Below, piece by piece: positions 42,730 through 53,050 of a DNA stretch of 64,000 nt. The position numbers and the translations under genes were made by a program. Source of the stretch: an uncultured Aureibaculum sp. (GTDB lineage: Bacteria > Bacteroidota > Bacteroidia > Flavobacteriales > Flavobacteriaceae); assembly GCA_965369125.1 (NCBI GenBank), contig CBDUPN010000001.1, positions 118,653 to 182,652 of the forward strand, read 5' to 3'. Within the stretch, counting starts at the first letter, position 1. Every line of letters begins with the position of its first letter. Under the pieces are notes generated by a model. That model searched no databases. It had not been told where the DNA came from and saw only the letters and a program-made list of their open reading frames with translations.

Positions 42730-43656
42730 ATGAAAAATATATTAAAATTTTTAACTTTAATCGCAGTTGTTTGTTTAGTAGCCGTTTCATGCGACTATGA
42801 TGATACAAACTTTGAACTGCTTACAAATGATGTGGATCCTAACGCTACCTTTTACGTTCAGTTAAAAAATAATGCTTTAACTGCTCAAACCGATGTAGCG
42901 TCTAATGGTGATCTGATAAATGTGGAATCTACAATTCTTATTTCACTTATGGGGCTACCTCAAGACCAGGATATTACAGCGACGTTAACACACGATCCTT
43001 CTAGTACTTTAACAGAAAGTATGTATACGCTATCCGCAAATACGGTTACTATTCCTGCAGGAGAAAGTACCGCATCTGTTGATTTTAGTACAGTTGCTGA
43101 AAACTTACCAGAATGTGATCCAGTTACTTTAATTGTAAATTTAAATGCCGGAGAAAATACTACTCCTAGCGATCGAGGTAATAAACTTGTTTATAATATT
43201 AGAAGAATAGTATCTTTACCATTAGACAATGGATTTGAAGACCTTGCCGGTGGTTGGGGAATAGAAGAAAGTTTAACCAATGGTGTATATTATGATGAAG
43301 GTAATTTTACTGCTCAATGGGATGGTACTGACATGATTGTCTCTGGACTTGGGGCACAGATGATTGTTGATTTCTGGGGTGAACCTGTTGTAGCTGGTGG
43401 CACTTGTAAAATGCAAGTTGCTGAAGATGGCTCTATTACAATTCCAAGACAATATATTTTTACTACCATCTATAATGGTGTAAACTATGATTATGAAATT
43501 GAAGGGACTGGTATATGGGGTAATTATTGTGGTGAAGCTCCAGTAATAAAGATTACTTATGATATTTATTATCCTGGTGACGCCGTAGGTCTTGCTGGAA
43601 GTTATTCTAGTTATTTTGGCAATTCTGTCTTTGGTGGTACATTTGTATTACAATAA
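42730..43656 (+). CDS. SusE-position surface lipoprotein (Ig-like/DUF1735-like N-domain)
   Basis: Lipobox AVS-C with acidic export signal DYDD; VTIPAGESTASV Ig-like motif; follows susD. Confidence 0.6.
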   Translation: MKNILKFLTLIAVVCLVAVSCDYDDTNFELLTNDVDPNATFYVQLKNNALTAQTDVASNGDLINVESTILISLMGLPQDQDITATLTHDPSSTLTESMYTLSANTVTIPAGESTASVDFSTVAENLPECDPVTLIVNLNAGENTTPSDRGNKLVYNIRRIVSLPLDNGFEDLAGGWGIEESLTNGVYYDEGNFTAQWDGTDMIVSGLGAQMIVDFWGEPVVAGGTCKMQVAEDGSITIPRQYIFTTIYNGVNYDYEIEGTGIWGNYCGEAPVIKITYDIYYPGDAVGLAGSYSSYFGNSVFGGTFVLQ

Positions 43657-43674
43657 TAGTAAAATAATAGTATT

Positions 43675-43705
43675 AAAAAGGCTATCAATATGATAGCCTT
43701 TTTTT
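43675..43705 (+). terminator. Intrinsic terminator after the second SusC/D locus
   Basis: AAAAAGGCTATCA-ata-TGATAGCCTTTTTTT. Confidence 0.8.
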
Positions 43706-43851
43706 ATGCAATTAAAACCCGTTTTATTAATCATAAGTTCGTTAAATCTGCAATGAGGTAACATTTAAAATTTTGTATCCTTATTAACATCACGCGGTTT
43801 GGATATAGAAAAGTGACTATTTTTTTTACATAAAAGCTATACCTTTGTATC

Positions 43852-44595
43852 ATGAACAACAATTCAAACCTTGTCTTTGGCATCCGCGCCATCATAGAAG
43901 CCATCGATGCCGGTAAAACCATCGAAAAAGTTTATATCCAGAAAGGAATTAGTGGCCCTTTATTTTCTGAATTGAACAGTCTTATTAAAAAGAATTCCAT
44001 TTCAACAAGCCATGTTCCGGTTGAAAAATTAAATACCTTATCAAAGCATCAGAATCATCAAGGCGTGGTTGCAAAAATATCTGCTATTGATTTTTTTGAA
44101 TTAGAAAATATTATTGAAGATAATATAAGCCCGCTTCCACTCTATCTTTTATTAGACCAGATCACCGATGTACGAAATTTTGGTGCTATACTACGAACAG
44201 CAGAATGTACCGGTGTTGATGCCGTTATCGTTCCAAATCAAGGCAGTGCTCCATTGAATGCAGACGCTATTAAGACCTCAGCCGGTGCCGCATTTAAAAT
44301 ACCCATCTGTAAAGTAAATCATTTGTTAGATGCCATTTATGAGCTTCAGGCGGCAGGCATACAAATAGTTGCCATAACCGAAAAAACCGAAGATCGTATT
44401 TATGATGTAGATCTAAATAAACCAACAGCACTTATTATGGGATCTGAACATAAAGGAATTTCTCCCTCAATACTTAAAATAGCAGATGCCAAGGTAAAAT
44501 TACCTTTACTTGGTGAGATAGAAAGCTTAAACGTATCTGTAGCTTGTGGGGTGGCACTATACGAGGTTGTTAGACAAAGGCAAGTTCAGTCCTGA
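43852..44595 (+). CDS. rlmB: 23S rRNA (guanosine-2251-2'-O)-methyltransferase
   Basis: HQGVVA, DQITDVRNFGAILRTA, MGSEHKG, ESLNVSVA SPOUT motifs. Confidence 0.93.
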   Translation: MNNNSNLVFGIRAIIEAIDAGKTIEKVYIQKGISGPLFSELNSLIKKNSISTSHVPVEKLNTLSKHQNHQGVVAKISAIDFFELENIIEDNISPLPLYLLLDQITDVRNFGAILRTAECTGVDAVIVPNQGSAPLNADAIKTSAGAAFKIPICKVNHLLDAIYELQAAGIQIVAITEKTEDRIYDVDLNKPTALIMGSEHKGISPSILKIADAKVKLPLLGEIESLNVSVACGVALYEVVRQRQVQS

Positions 44596-45269
44596 TTTAT
44601 TGTATCATCATTTTCAATGAGACTATTTTCTTCTTCTAATACATACGGCTGGCCATCTAAATAATCTTCATCTTCCCATTCATATTTTTGTGGTTTTGGC
44701 CCGTGCTTTCGAAAATTAAAAGCAAAAAGTAATCCAACAATAAAACCAGACAAATGGCCTTCCCACGATATTTCTTCCTTAACCGGTAAGATATACCAGA
44801 TCATACTACCATATAAAAATATAACAATCAATGACACGGCAATTAATCTTTTGTTTTTACTGATAATACCGCTAAAAAGAATAAAGCTAAATAGTAAATA
44901 TACAATACCACTGGCCCCGATGTGATATGAATCCCTCGCAATGATCCATGTTGTGAGGCCACTTAGCAAGGTGCCATAGATCAATACTTTCATGGCTATC
45001 TTCCGGTAAAAATATAATAAGGACATCAATAAAATAAGCAGCGGAATGGAATTATTAAACAAATGCTTTACACCACTGTGTATAAAAGGAGATAATACTA
45101 TGCCGCGTAATCCTGTGAAGGTTCTTGGGTACAACCCGTATTTTGTAAAATATAGACCATAGTTGCCTTCAATCCAAAATATAATCCACAAAAAGAGTAC
45201 AAAATATAATGGAAACGCAACGATAAACGGAGAAAATGAAAATTGTTTATGCTCTTCCTGTGCTTTCAT
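44586..45269 (-). CDS. Rhomboid-family intramembrane serine protease
   Basis: Multiple TM segments; HLFNN, HIGASG, WEGHLSG. Confidence 0.88.
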   Translation of the reverse strand: MKAQEEHKQFSFSPFIVAFPLYFVLFLWIIFWIEGNYGLYFTKYGLYPRTFTGLRGIVLSPFIHSGVKHLFNNSIPLLILLMSLLYFYRKIAMKVLIYGTLLSGLTTWIIARDSYHIGASGIVYLLFSFILFSGIISKNKRLIAVSLIVIFLYGSMIWYILPVKEEISWEGHLSGFIVGLLFAFNFRKHGPKPQKYEWEDEDYLDGQPYVLEEENSLIENDDTINQD

Positions 45270-45375
45270 GTTGGCTGTGATTACAAAAATATAACCAAAG
45301 GTCTAAAATTACACAAATTGTCATCATTTCATAAAAAGGATACCAATTAAGTCATGAATTAGCTATTTTTGTGAC

Positions 45376-46650
45376 ATGAATACGCCATTAGCCGAACGCA
45401 TAAGACCTAAAAAACTGGATGATTTTATAAGTCAGCAACATCTGGTAGGTGCTCATGGTGCACTTACCGAACATATAAAAAGAGGCGTTATTCCTTCACT
45501 GATATTATGGGGCCCGCCCGGTATTGGTAAAACCACACTGGCGCATATTATTGCCAATGAATCTAAAAGGCCATTTTACACTTTAAGTGCCATTAATTCT
45601 GGCGTAAAAGATGTAAGAGAGGTGATTGAAAAAGCAAAACAAAGTGGCGGCCTGTTTACCACAAAGAATCCTATTTTATTCATCGATGAGATCCATCGTT
45701 TTAGTAAATCTCAGCAAGATTCCTTATTGGCAGCCGTAGAAAAAGGATGGGTTACCTTAATTGGAGCAACTACCGAAAATCCCAGTTTTGAGGTAATTCC
45801 GGCCTTGTTGTCACGCTGCCAGGTTTATATTTTGAATTCATTTGATAAGGACGATTTGATCTCCCTATTAGACAGGGCCATTAAAAAAGATGAAATTATA
45901 TCAAAAAGGAAGATCAATCTAAAAGAAACGGATGCACTCCTGCAATTATCGGGAGGTGATGCCCGTAAACTTTTGAACATTTTTGAACTCATCGTAAGTT
46001 CTGAAGATGACCCTGTGATCATCACTAATGATAAAGTAATAGAAAAAGTTCAAAAAAATACGGTACGATATGATAAAACAGGAGAGCAACATTACGATAT
46101 CATTTCAGCATTTATTAAATCTATACGCGGCAGCGATCCGAATGCCGCGGTTTATTGGCTGGCAAGAATGATAGAGGGAGGCGAAGATGTTAAATTCATT
46201 GCCAGGCGTATGTTAATATTGGCTTCGGAAGATATTGGTAATGCGAATCCAACTGCTTTGATCATGGCCAACTCTACCTTCCAGGCAGTCGCTATCATTG
46301 GATATCCAGAATCAAGAATCATATTGAGCCAATGTGCTATTTACCTGGCAAATTCTCCTAAAAGTAATGCCTCTTATAAAGCCATTGGTGACGCCCAACA
46401 AAAAGTGAAGGAAACGGGCGACCTATCGGTACCATTGCATTTAAGGAACGCTCCAACTAAATTAATGAAGGAGCTCGATTATGGTGCCAATTACCAATAC
46501 GCCCACGATTTTGATCAAAATTTTATAAACCAGGAATTCCTGCCTGACGAAATTTCCAACACCAAATTCTATGAACCGGGAAACAACAGCAGGGAAAATA
46601 ATTTTAGAGAATTACTAAAAAAACGCTGGAAAGATAAATATGGGTATTAG
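45376..46650 (+). CDS. rarA: Replication-associated recombination protein A (MgsA/RarA AAA+ ATPase)
   Basis: [44 protein letters not shown]. Confidence 0.95.
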   Translation: MNTPLAERIRPKKLDDFISQQHLVGAHGALTEHIKRGVIPSLILWGPPGIGKTTLAHIIANESKRPFYTLSAINSGVKDVREVIEKAKQSGGLFTTKNPILFIDEIHRFSKSQQDSLLAAVEKGWVTLIGATTENPSFEVIPALLSRCQVYILNSFDKDDLISLLDRAIKKDEIISKRKINLKETDALLQLSGGDARKLLNIFELIVSSEDDPVIITNDKVIEKVQKNTVRYDKTGEQHYDIISAFIKSIRGSDPNAAVYWLARMIEGGEDVKFIARRMLILASEDIGNANPTALIMANSTFQAVAIIGYPESRIILSQCAIYLANSPKSNASYKAIGDAQQKVKETGDLSVPLHLRNAPTKLMKELDYGANYQYAHDFDQNFINQEFLPDEISNTKFYEPGNNSRENNFRELLKKRWKDKYGY

Positions 46651-47483
46651 AATTTAATAATTACTTCTTTTTTTATCAAACGATCCTCCTCATAATATTC
46701 AATAAACCATTTATCATTTGATTTTAATAAAATTCCATCCCTATTTTTTAAGATAAAAACATCCTCCCTACTCGATCTTAACAACACATAAACAACTTTG
46801 GGTGTACTATCTACTAATTGATATCCAAGTTCATTCGATTGTGCATATAACAGGTCTTCAGTAGCATCCTCGGTGTCTTTTACGTCACTTTTATCTACTT
46901 GTATCAACTCAGCGCCCATTGCGGGTATTTTTTCAGTAAAGTCTTCCGTAATCTGAACTTTTTCTGTCTTAACAATAATTTCTTCAACCAACTCGGGTTC
47001 TTGAACCTTAGCTTCCTCCTTTTTAATTTGATCCTGGATTTTAACATAAGGATCATAGGCGTAATTTAATTCAGAAATAGATTGAAAGGCGTCTCGAAGG
47101 GCCTCATGATATGCTTTTTTATACTCTTTTTCTTTACTCTTCCCTTCCTTGCTTGTAAAAACGATTTCATTATTACAATTCGAAAGCACAATAATTAATT
47201 TCGTGGTAAACAAACTTGAATTATTCTGAACTTCTGAACGTAAACCCAAACATTGATCATTTAAGAGTTCTTGTGGCTTGCTATCAGTATTAAACAGGGT
47301 TTTAAAACCCTCCTTCATAAATAAAAAATCTGTGAGTGAGTTTAATTGATACTGATCTTCTGATTTCAGAAAATCAAACTTTTTCGGAATCGTTACGTAT
47401 TTATAATTGTTCAATGAAACCTGACTCATTAAGCTGCTTGAGATTGCAAGAAAGGCGATTATTATTAAATTATGAATTTTCAT
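46647..47483 (-). CDS. Secreted hypothetical protein
   Basis: 278-aa ORF with signal peptide; no recognised motif. Confidence 0.65.
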   Translation of the reverse strand: MKIHNLIIIAFLAISSSLMSQVSLNNYKYVTIPKKFDFLKSEDQYQLNSLTDFLFMKEGFKTLFNTDSKPQELLNDQCLGLRSEVQNNSSLFTTKLIIVLSNCNNEIVFTSKEGKSKEKEYKKAYHEALRDAFQSISELNYAYDPYVKIQDQIKKEEAKVQEPELVEEIIVKTEKVQITEDFTEKIPAMGAELIQVDKSDVKDTEDATEDLLYAQSNELGYQLVDSTPKVVYVLLRSSREDVFILKNRDGILLKSNDKWFIEYYEEDRLIKKEVIIKF

Positions 47484-47538
47484 GATAAGAATATCTTAAG
47501 TTTAAAATTGTTAACTGATTTAAGCTATGACCGGTTCT

Positions 47539-48219
47539 CTACAAATGATTTTTGATATCGAGGAGTTTAGTAATTCTAATGGTATTGTTATTAGTACTTT
47601 CATTACTACCGTTAAAATAAATAGTTCGCATTCCTATTTGTTGTGCTCCTAAAATATCGGCTTCGTAATTATCACCAATCATAATACTTTTCTCTGGCGT
47701 GGTACTAGCTAGAGATAAAGCATGTTTAAATATTATTGGATTCGGCTTTTTAACACCTACACTTTCAGAGGTAATAACCCTATCAAAAAAATGCAAAATT
47801 TCAGATTTTTTAAGTTTCTTGACTTGAACTTCTTCAAATCCATTAGTGATAATATGTAATTTATACTTTAACAATAAATATTCTAAAATCTCAACCGCAC
47901 CATCGAATAAATTATTATAATTTGGTAAGTTGTCGATATATATTTTTGCCAGATGATTTATTTTGTCGTCTGATATTTTATAGTCTAAACCATCGAACGT
48001 TTCTTTTAATCGATTATATCTCAGCACGGGTTTGCTAACCTTTTCTTCCCTGTATAATTTCCAATATTTTTTATTGATGGGCGTATAAAGTGATAAAAAA
48101 TTATCCAGATCGACATCTATTTTATTTACATTAAATATATAGTGAAATGCTTTAGCAGAATTCATTTCGAAATCCCAAAGAGTATGATCGAGGTCAAAAA
48201 ATATATGTTCTATTTTCAT
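47539..48219 (-). CDS. yjjG: YjjG-family noncanonical pyrimidine nucleotidase (HAD)
   Basis: FDLDHTLWDF, ITNGF, KKPNP, MIGDNYEADI. Confidence 0.88.
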   Translation of the reverse strand: MKIEHIFFDLDHTLWDFEMNSAKAFHYIFNVNKIDVDLDNFLSLYTPINKKYWKLYREEKVSKPVLRYNRLKETFDGLDYKISDDKINHLAKIYIDNLPNYNNLFDGAVEILEYLLLKYKLHIITNGFEEVQVKKLKKSEILHFFDRVITSESVGVKKPNPIIFKHALSLASTTPEKSIMIGDNYEADILGAQQIGMRTIYFNGSNESTNNNTIRITKLLDIKNHL

Positions 48220-48336
48220 TCTTGATTTTATTTTTAAATTAAATATAGAACGAGTCTTTTATCCAACATCTAGTTTTAAATATACTTTCCGAAAGTAATA
48301 ATTTAAATCTATATTTGATATCAAATAATCTTTAAG

Positions 48337-49593
48337 TTGAAATTAAATTTCAAGTCTTTTATTCTAAATCCTTTTCAAAAAAATATCGCTACTCTTTTTA
48401 GCGGTACTTTAATAGCGCAACTCATCAACGTTTTAGGGGCCTTGTTTTTAGCAAAAATTTATGCGCCGGAACTATATGGTAATTATAGTGTTTTTTTAAG
48501 TTTTGTGGGCATATTAACGCTTATAAACAGTGTTAAGTTAGAGTATGTTATTATAACCGATAAATCTGAAGATAAAAGTAAAAACATGGTCAATGCTTTA
48601 CTTTTTATAATATTTATAATTAGTTTTTTGATCTTTGGATTATTTGTTTTATTCAGAGATGAATTTTTAAAAAATGGAATTGTCTTTACCATTTTACTAT
48701 TTAGTAGTTTGGCTTCATTATTTGTTTCAAATTCAAAAGTATTTGAATCGTATGCCACACGAAAATCATTGTTCAAAAGCATTGCCAATGCAAGAATAAT
48801 TATGGCCGGAAGCACTATACTATTTCAGTTTTTTTTATTTTATATAAGTAAAAACGGGCTAATTTATGGATATGTAATTTCTATGATAATAACAATGATA
48901 TTTTTTGTAATTATCTCAAAAAACATAATTCAGGTTCCCGATATGCAATTATTTAAAACTACACTTAAAAATCATAAAAATATCTTGCGTTTCGCTTTTC
49001 CGTCAGGGGTTATAAATGGGATTGCCAACAACATTATGCCTATACTGTTATTAAGTTACTTTTCTGCCGCTTCCTCGGGTATTTATGCTCTGAGTTTAAA
49101 AGTAGTTTCGGTTCCTATGTTTATTATTTCATCGTCCATTTCTCAGGTTTACTTTCAAAAAGCTTCCGAATACTTTAATCATTCTAAAGAGAAATTATAC
49201 GACCTAACAAAACAGGTAGCGTTCACAAATATTTTAATAATGTTTATTATATTGATTGTTATCAATACTTTGGGTATTTTCCTTTTAGATTTATTTTTCG
49301 ATAAAGATTGGGAAAATATGAACCTTTATATTATTATTCTTTCCTTTTTTGTATTAGGACAAGTGGCCTTTTCACCAGTAAGCTCTTTAATTGTAATTAT
49401 CAATAAAATGCATGTTGGACTCATTTTTAATATATGCCTGGCTTTAATTAATTTTATTGCCATATATATTGGAAATATTTATCAAAATATTGTATATACA
49501 GTATTAATATTATCAATAGTTGGAGGACTTAGTTATATAGTATTATTATTCTATTTTTTATCAATACTTAAAAACTATAAAAATGAAAGATAA
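48337..49593 (+). CDS. Wzx-type oligosaccharide flippase
   Basis: About 12 hydrophobic segments; LFSGTLIAQ..Y.PE.YG.YS; ISQVYFQ; TTG start after TATATTTG (48310-48317). Confidence 0.8.
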   Translation: MKLNFKSFILNPFQKNIATLFSGTLIAQLINVLGALFLAKIYAPELYGNYSVFLSFVGILTLINSVKLEYVIITDKSEDKSKNMVNALLFIIFIISFLIFGLFVLFRDEFLKNGIVFTILLFSSLASLFVSNSKVFESYATRKSLFKSIANARIIMAGSTILFQFFLFYISKNGLIYGYVISMIITMIFFVIISKNIIQVPDMQLFKTTLKNHKNILRFAFPSGVINGIANNIMPILLLSYFSAASSGIYALSLKVVSVPMFIISSSISQVYFQKASEYFNHSKEKLYDLTKQVAFTNILIMFIILIVINTLGIFLLDLFFDKDWENMNLYIIILSFFVLGQVAFSPVSSLIVIINKMHVGLIFNICLALINFIAIYIGNIYQNIVYTVLILSIVGGLSYIVLLFYFLSILKNYKNER

Positions 49594-50212
49594 AATCACT
49601 TTCACAAAAAAATTAGATTTCTTTCTTTTCGGATGGATTATTAATCTCGCCTATCCTCAATATTATAGACCTAAATTTAACTATTTAACTTATTATAAAT
49701 TATTTTTTCATTATTTCATACCTCAAAAAATATTAAGATTAAATGGTTCAGTAGCATGGCCCGTTCATTTTACTTCAACTATAATTAATGCCAATAATAT
49801 TAAAAAAGGGATCTTATGCGACCCAGGAGATAATCCAAATATTTATATCGAAGCTAATAACGGAATACAATTTGGATCGAATGTAGGCATTGGTTCAGGA
49901 GCTAAAATACTTTCGTCAATTCATTCCCACCACGACCATACTAAGCATGATCATAGTGAGCCAATTATAATTGGTAATAATGTATTTATAGGGTCAAATA
50001 GTGTTGTATTGCCTGGAGTTCAAATTGGGAATAATGTTGTTATTGGTGCAGGGAGCATCGTTGTTAAAGATATACCCCCTAATTCTATTGCCGTAGGAAA
50101 TCCCTGTAAAGCAATCAAGAATAAAAATGCCTATACCGAAGACTTTTCTCAGATTGTTTTCAATAAAATGATTCCAAAACAATATGCAGCTTTTTTGCAG
50201 AAAAAAAATTAA
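49583..50212 (+). CDS. Hexapeptide-repeat (LbH) O-acyltransferase
   Basis: IGNNVFIGSNSVVLPGVQIGNNVVIGAGSIVVKDIP..AVGNPC. Confidence 0.85.
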   Translation: MKDKITFTKKLDFFLFGWIINLAYPQYYRPKFNYLTYYKLFFHYFIPQKILRLNGSVAWPVHFTSTIINANNIKKGILCDPGDNPNIYIEANNGIQFGSNVGIGSGAKILSSIHSHHDHTKHDHSEPIIIGNNVFIGSNSVVLPGVQIGNNVVIGAGSIVVKDIPPNSIAVGNPCKAIKNKNAYTEDFSQIVFNKMIPKQYAAFLQKKN

Positions 50213-50219
50213 CTATTAA

Positions 50220-52151
50220 ATGTGTGGAATAGCGGGAATCATCGAATTTAAACATGAAGAATATCATGTTTCTGCCCTAAAAAACATGACCGAAAGCATG
50301 AAGAACCGTGGGCCAGATGACGAAGGGTTTTTGTTGAGCAACAATTCTGTACAAACATTTTTTGGAAATAATTCTGCGAAAAATATAAATAAGGTCAAAT
50401 TACCCTATTCCCCTAAAGATCATATTAATACAGCCGAGAATATTAAAAGCAAAATTGCTTTTGGGTTTAAACGACTTTCTATTTTAGATTTAACCTATAA
50501 CGCACATCAGCCAATGTGTGATTCAGAACAAAGATTTTGGATAATTTTTAATGGTGAAATATATAATTATAAGGAAATAAGAAAAGAATTAGTTTCATTG
50601 AAACATTCTTTTTATTCGAATTCTGACACCGAAGTTGTGTTAAAAGCATACATGCAATGGGGCGAAAAATCTTTACAGAAATTTAATGGCATGTTCGCTT
50701 TCTCAATTTTCGATACAACTAAAAAGGAAGTTTTTTTAGCAAGAGATCGAATGGGAATTAAACCTTTGTACTTTTATCATGATCGTAACCGATTTATTTT
50801 TGCGAGCACTATCAAGGCAATTATTGATTCAAAATTATATACCCCAGAAATACATTGGGAAGGGTTATGGCAGAACTATAATTTTTCTATAGCACAAAGG
50901 CCAAATACTTGCTTTTTGAATATATCCGCCTTAGAGCCATCTAATTTCTTAAAAATAAATATTGAATCAACTAAAATTACCAAATCACAATACTGGGATA
51001 TTCCTACCGGAACACAAGATTTTTCGTTAACTGAAAAAAAGGCGGCCAACCTCCTGGAAGAAGCCCTATATAAATCCATTGACTATAGATTACAAGCTGA
51101 TGTAGAGGTTGGAACATTTATGAGTGGGGGTATTGATTCAACTTTAGTATCAGCAATAGCGTCTAAAATTCAGCCTAATATTAAGGCTTTTACCTTGGGG
51201 TTTGATAAGGAATTCTCGGAATATAGCGAAGTAACCCAGGCTCGAGACACTGCGAGTTTAAATGCCATAGATCATATTGTGCATTATGCCAATCCTAACA
51301 TAGTTATTGATAATATTGAAGATATTATAACAGGTTACGAGGAACCTTACCATCATTTACCTGCAAATTATGTTATATCAAATATAGTTGCTGAACACAA
51401 AGTCAAAGTTATTTTAAACGGTTTAGGGGGCGATGAATTATTTGCAGGATATCACTTTTATAAAAAATTAAAATGGTGGCCAGCATTGAAAAATTTAAAT
51501 CCTTTGTTTAAACTTTTGCCAGGCCATTTTAATAATAGATTAGATGTTGCTAAAAGATTAGCATCTTATCAAAATATTTCTCAGTATTATGCGCATTTCA
51601 ATACTACCTTTAATGATACCGATAATCGAAGACTTTTTATTAATAAGGAATATAATACCTTAAATATTATTGAAAATCTATATGAGGATCATCATAAATT
51701 TACTGACGGAATTGAAGCTTTAAGTTATTATAATCTTAAATCTTACATAAGTAATCACCAAACTAGAACAATTGATCAATTTACTATGAATTTTTCAATA
51801 GAAGGCAGATTTCCCTTATTGGATCATAAATTCATTGAATTAGCCTTTAGAATTCCTTCTAAATATAAAATTAAAAATGGTGTTCAAAAGCATATCTTAA
51901 GACAAGTTGCTAAAAAATACATTGCCCCTTCTTGCCTAGAAATGAACAAAAAAGGCTTCGGTTTACCTTTAGAATATTGGTATAAGCATGAATTAAAAGA
52001 CTTTATACGGGATAAGATTAATTTACTTAAAAACAGACATTTTTTTAATAATAACGAAATAGACAATATCATAAAAAATGATAATGTTAGAAAAATTTGG
52101 CAGCTGGTAACTACCGAAATTTGGCTGCAAAAATTCTTTAAATCCCATTAG
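50220..52151 (+). CDS. asnB: Asparagine synthase (glutamine-hydrolysing) family amidotransferase, glycan-locus type
   Basis: N-terminal MCGIAG, RGPDDEG, FNGEIYN, RDRMGIKPL, SGGIDS, GLGGDELFAGY. Confidence 0.85.
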   Translation: MCGIAGIIEFKHEEYHVSALKNMTESMKNRGPDDEGFLLSNNSVQTFFGNNSAKNINKVKLPYSPKDHINTAENIKSKIAFGFKRLSILDLTYNAHQPMCDSEQRFWIIFNGEIYNYKEIRKELVSLKHSFYSNSDTEVVLKAYMQWGEKSLQKFNGMFAFSIFDTTKKEVFLARDRMGIKPLYFYHDRNRFIFASTIKAIIDSKLYTPEIHWEGLWQNYNFSIAQRPNTCFLNISALEPSNFLKINIESTKITKSQYWDIPTGTQDFSLTEKKAANLLEEALYKSIDYRLQADVEVGTFMSGGIDSTLVSAIASKIQPNIKAFTLGFDKEFSEYSEVTQARDTASLNAIDHIVHYANPNIVIDNIEDIITGYEEPYHHLPANYVISNIVAEHKVKVILNGLGGDELFAGYHFYKKLKWWPALKNLNPLFKLLPGHFNNRLDVAKRLASYQNISQYYAHFNTTFNDTDNRRLFINKEYNTLNIIENLYEDHHKFTDGIEALSYYNLKSYISNHQTRTIDQFTMNFSIEGRFPLLDHKFIELAFRIPSKYKIKNGVQKHILRQVAKKYIAPSCLEMNKKGFGLPLEYWYKHELKDFIRDKINLLKNRHFFNNNEIDNIIKNDNVRKIWQLVTTEIWLQKFFKSH

Positions 52152-53029
52152 AACAACCTATATCTTTTTAAATGAAAATAAGTTTCCTGTTCTGCTCCAA
52201 AACTTTTAAAAAAGGAAGCCAATTCATCAATTACCGACCCTTCAAAATCAAATAAAAGATCTTTTTGGGCATTTTTCTTAATTATATGATCTATTAAAAA
52301 TGACATCGCTTGTTTATCCCGGCCTTCTTTATTTATAGCAGAAAAAAGATAGGTGATCCTATGTTGATCTTTTAATAAAAAAGCACCTCCAATAAGTTCC
52401 TTATCAAGATTAATGATCCCTATACTTTCAGCAAAACCGATAGATAAGGCTTTTGCCATCAGCCTATTCAAAACCAAATAATCTGCTTCATCTCTTTTTA
52501 ATTTATCCCCTTTATTCCTTCTAAAAAATTCAATGATCTTCTCTGATTCATAATTCTCACTGATCATTAATCCTTCTTTCACTCCCTTTTTAATACTGCT
52601 ACGTCTACCTTTGTTAAACTGATCATATATAGCTTTATAAGGTCTATTTAATGATAAAATATAATTTCTTCTGGCTTTGATTTCTTTCTGCGTAAACGAA
52701 TTTTCACTATTAAAAAAAATGTCGATCATTTTGAATTTTTTAGGAATCCCTTTTATAAATTCATCGATTAACGATGCCGTTATTACATCTTTCGAGAATA
52801 TCCCCAACTGTTGAACCCATGGAGGAAGATAAATATAATTGATACCATATTTTTTTCTTTTGGGTAATGGCATCACTGCTTTATAATTATCCAAGATCAG
52901 TATATCCCAATCATCACAAACAATATCTAAATACCAACTATAGGCGTAAATACGTGTATTACCAGCGTTTGCAACACAATGATCGTACTTGGTTATGTCT
53001 AACTCCTTTCTTGTTAAATACTTTATCAT
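52148..53029 (-). CDS. GNAT/FemAB-like fold hypothetical protein
   Basis: YAYSWYLDIV, PPWVQQLG, C-terminal FDFEGS..LASFFKSFGA characteristic of FemAB-like/GNAT_6 proteins. Confidence 0.6.
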   Translation of the reverse strand: MIKYLTRKELDITKYDHCVANAGNTRIYAYSWYLDIVCDDWDILILDNYKAVMPLPKRKKYGINYIYLPPWVQQLGIFSKDVITASLIDEFIKGIPKKFKMIDIFFNSENSFTQKEIKARRNYILSLNRPYKAIYDQFNKGRRSSIKKGVKEGLMISENYESEKIIEFFRRNKGDKLKRDEADYLVLNRLMAKALSIGFAESIGIINLDKELIGGAFLLKDQHRITYLFSAINKEGRDKQAMSFLIDHIIKKNAQKDLLFDFEGSVIDELASFFKSFGAEQETYFHLKRYRLF

Positions 53030-53050
53030 TTCAAAGAAATTCTACCTTGC

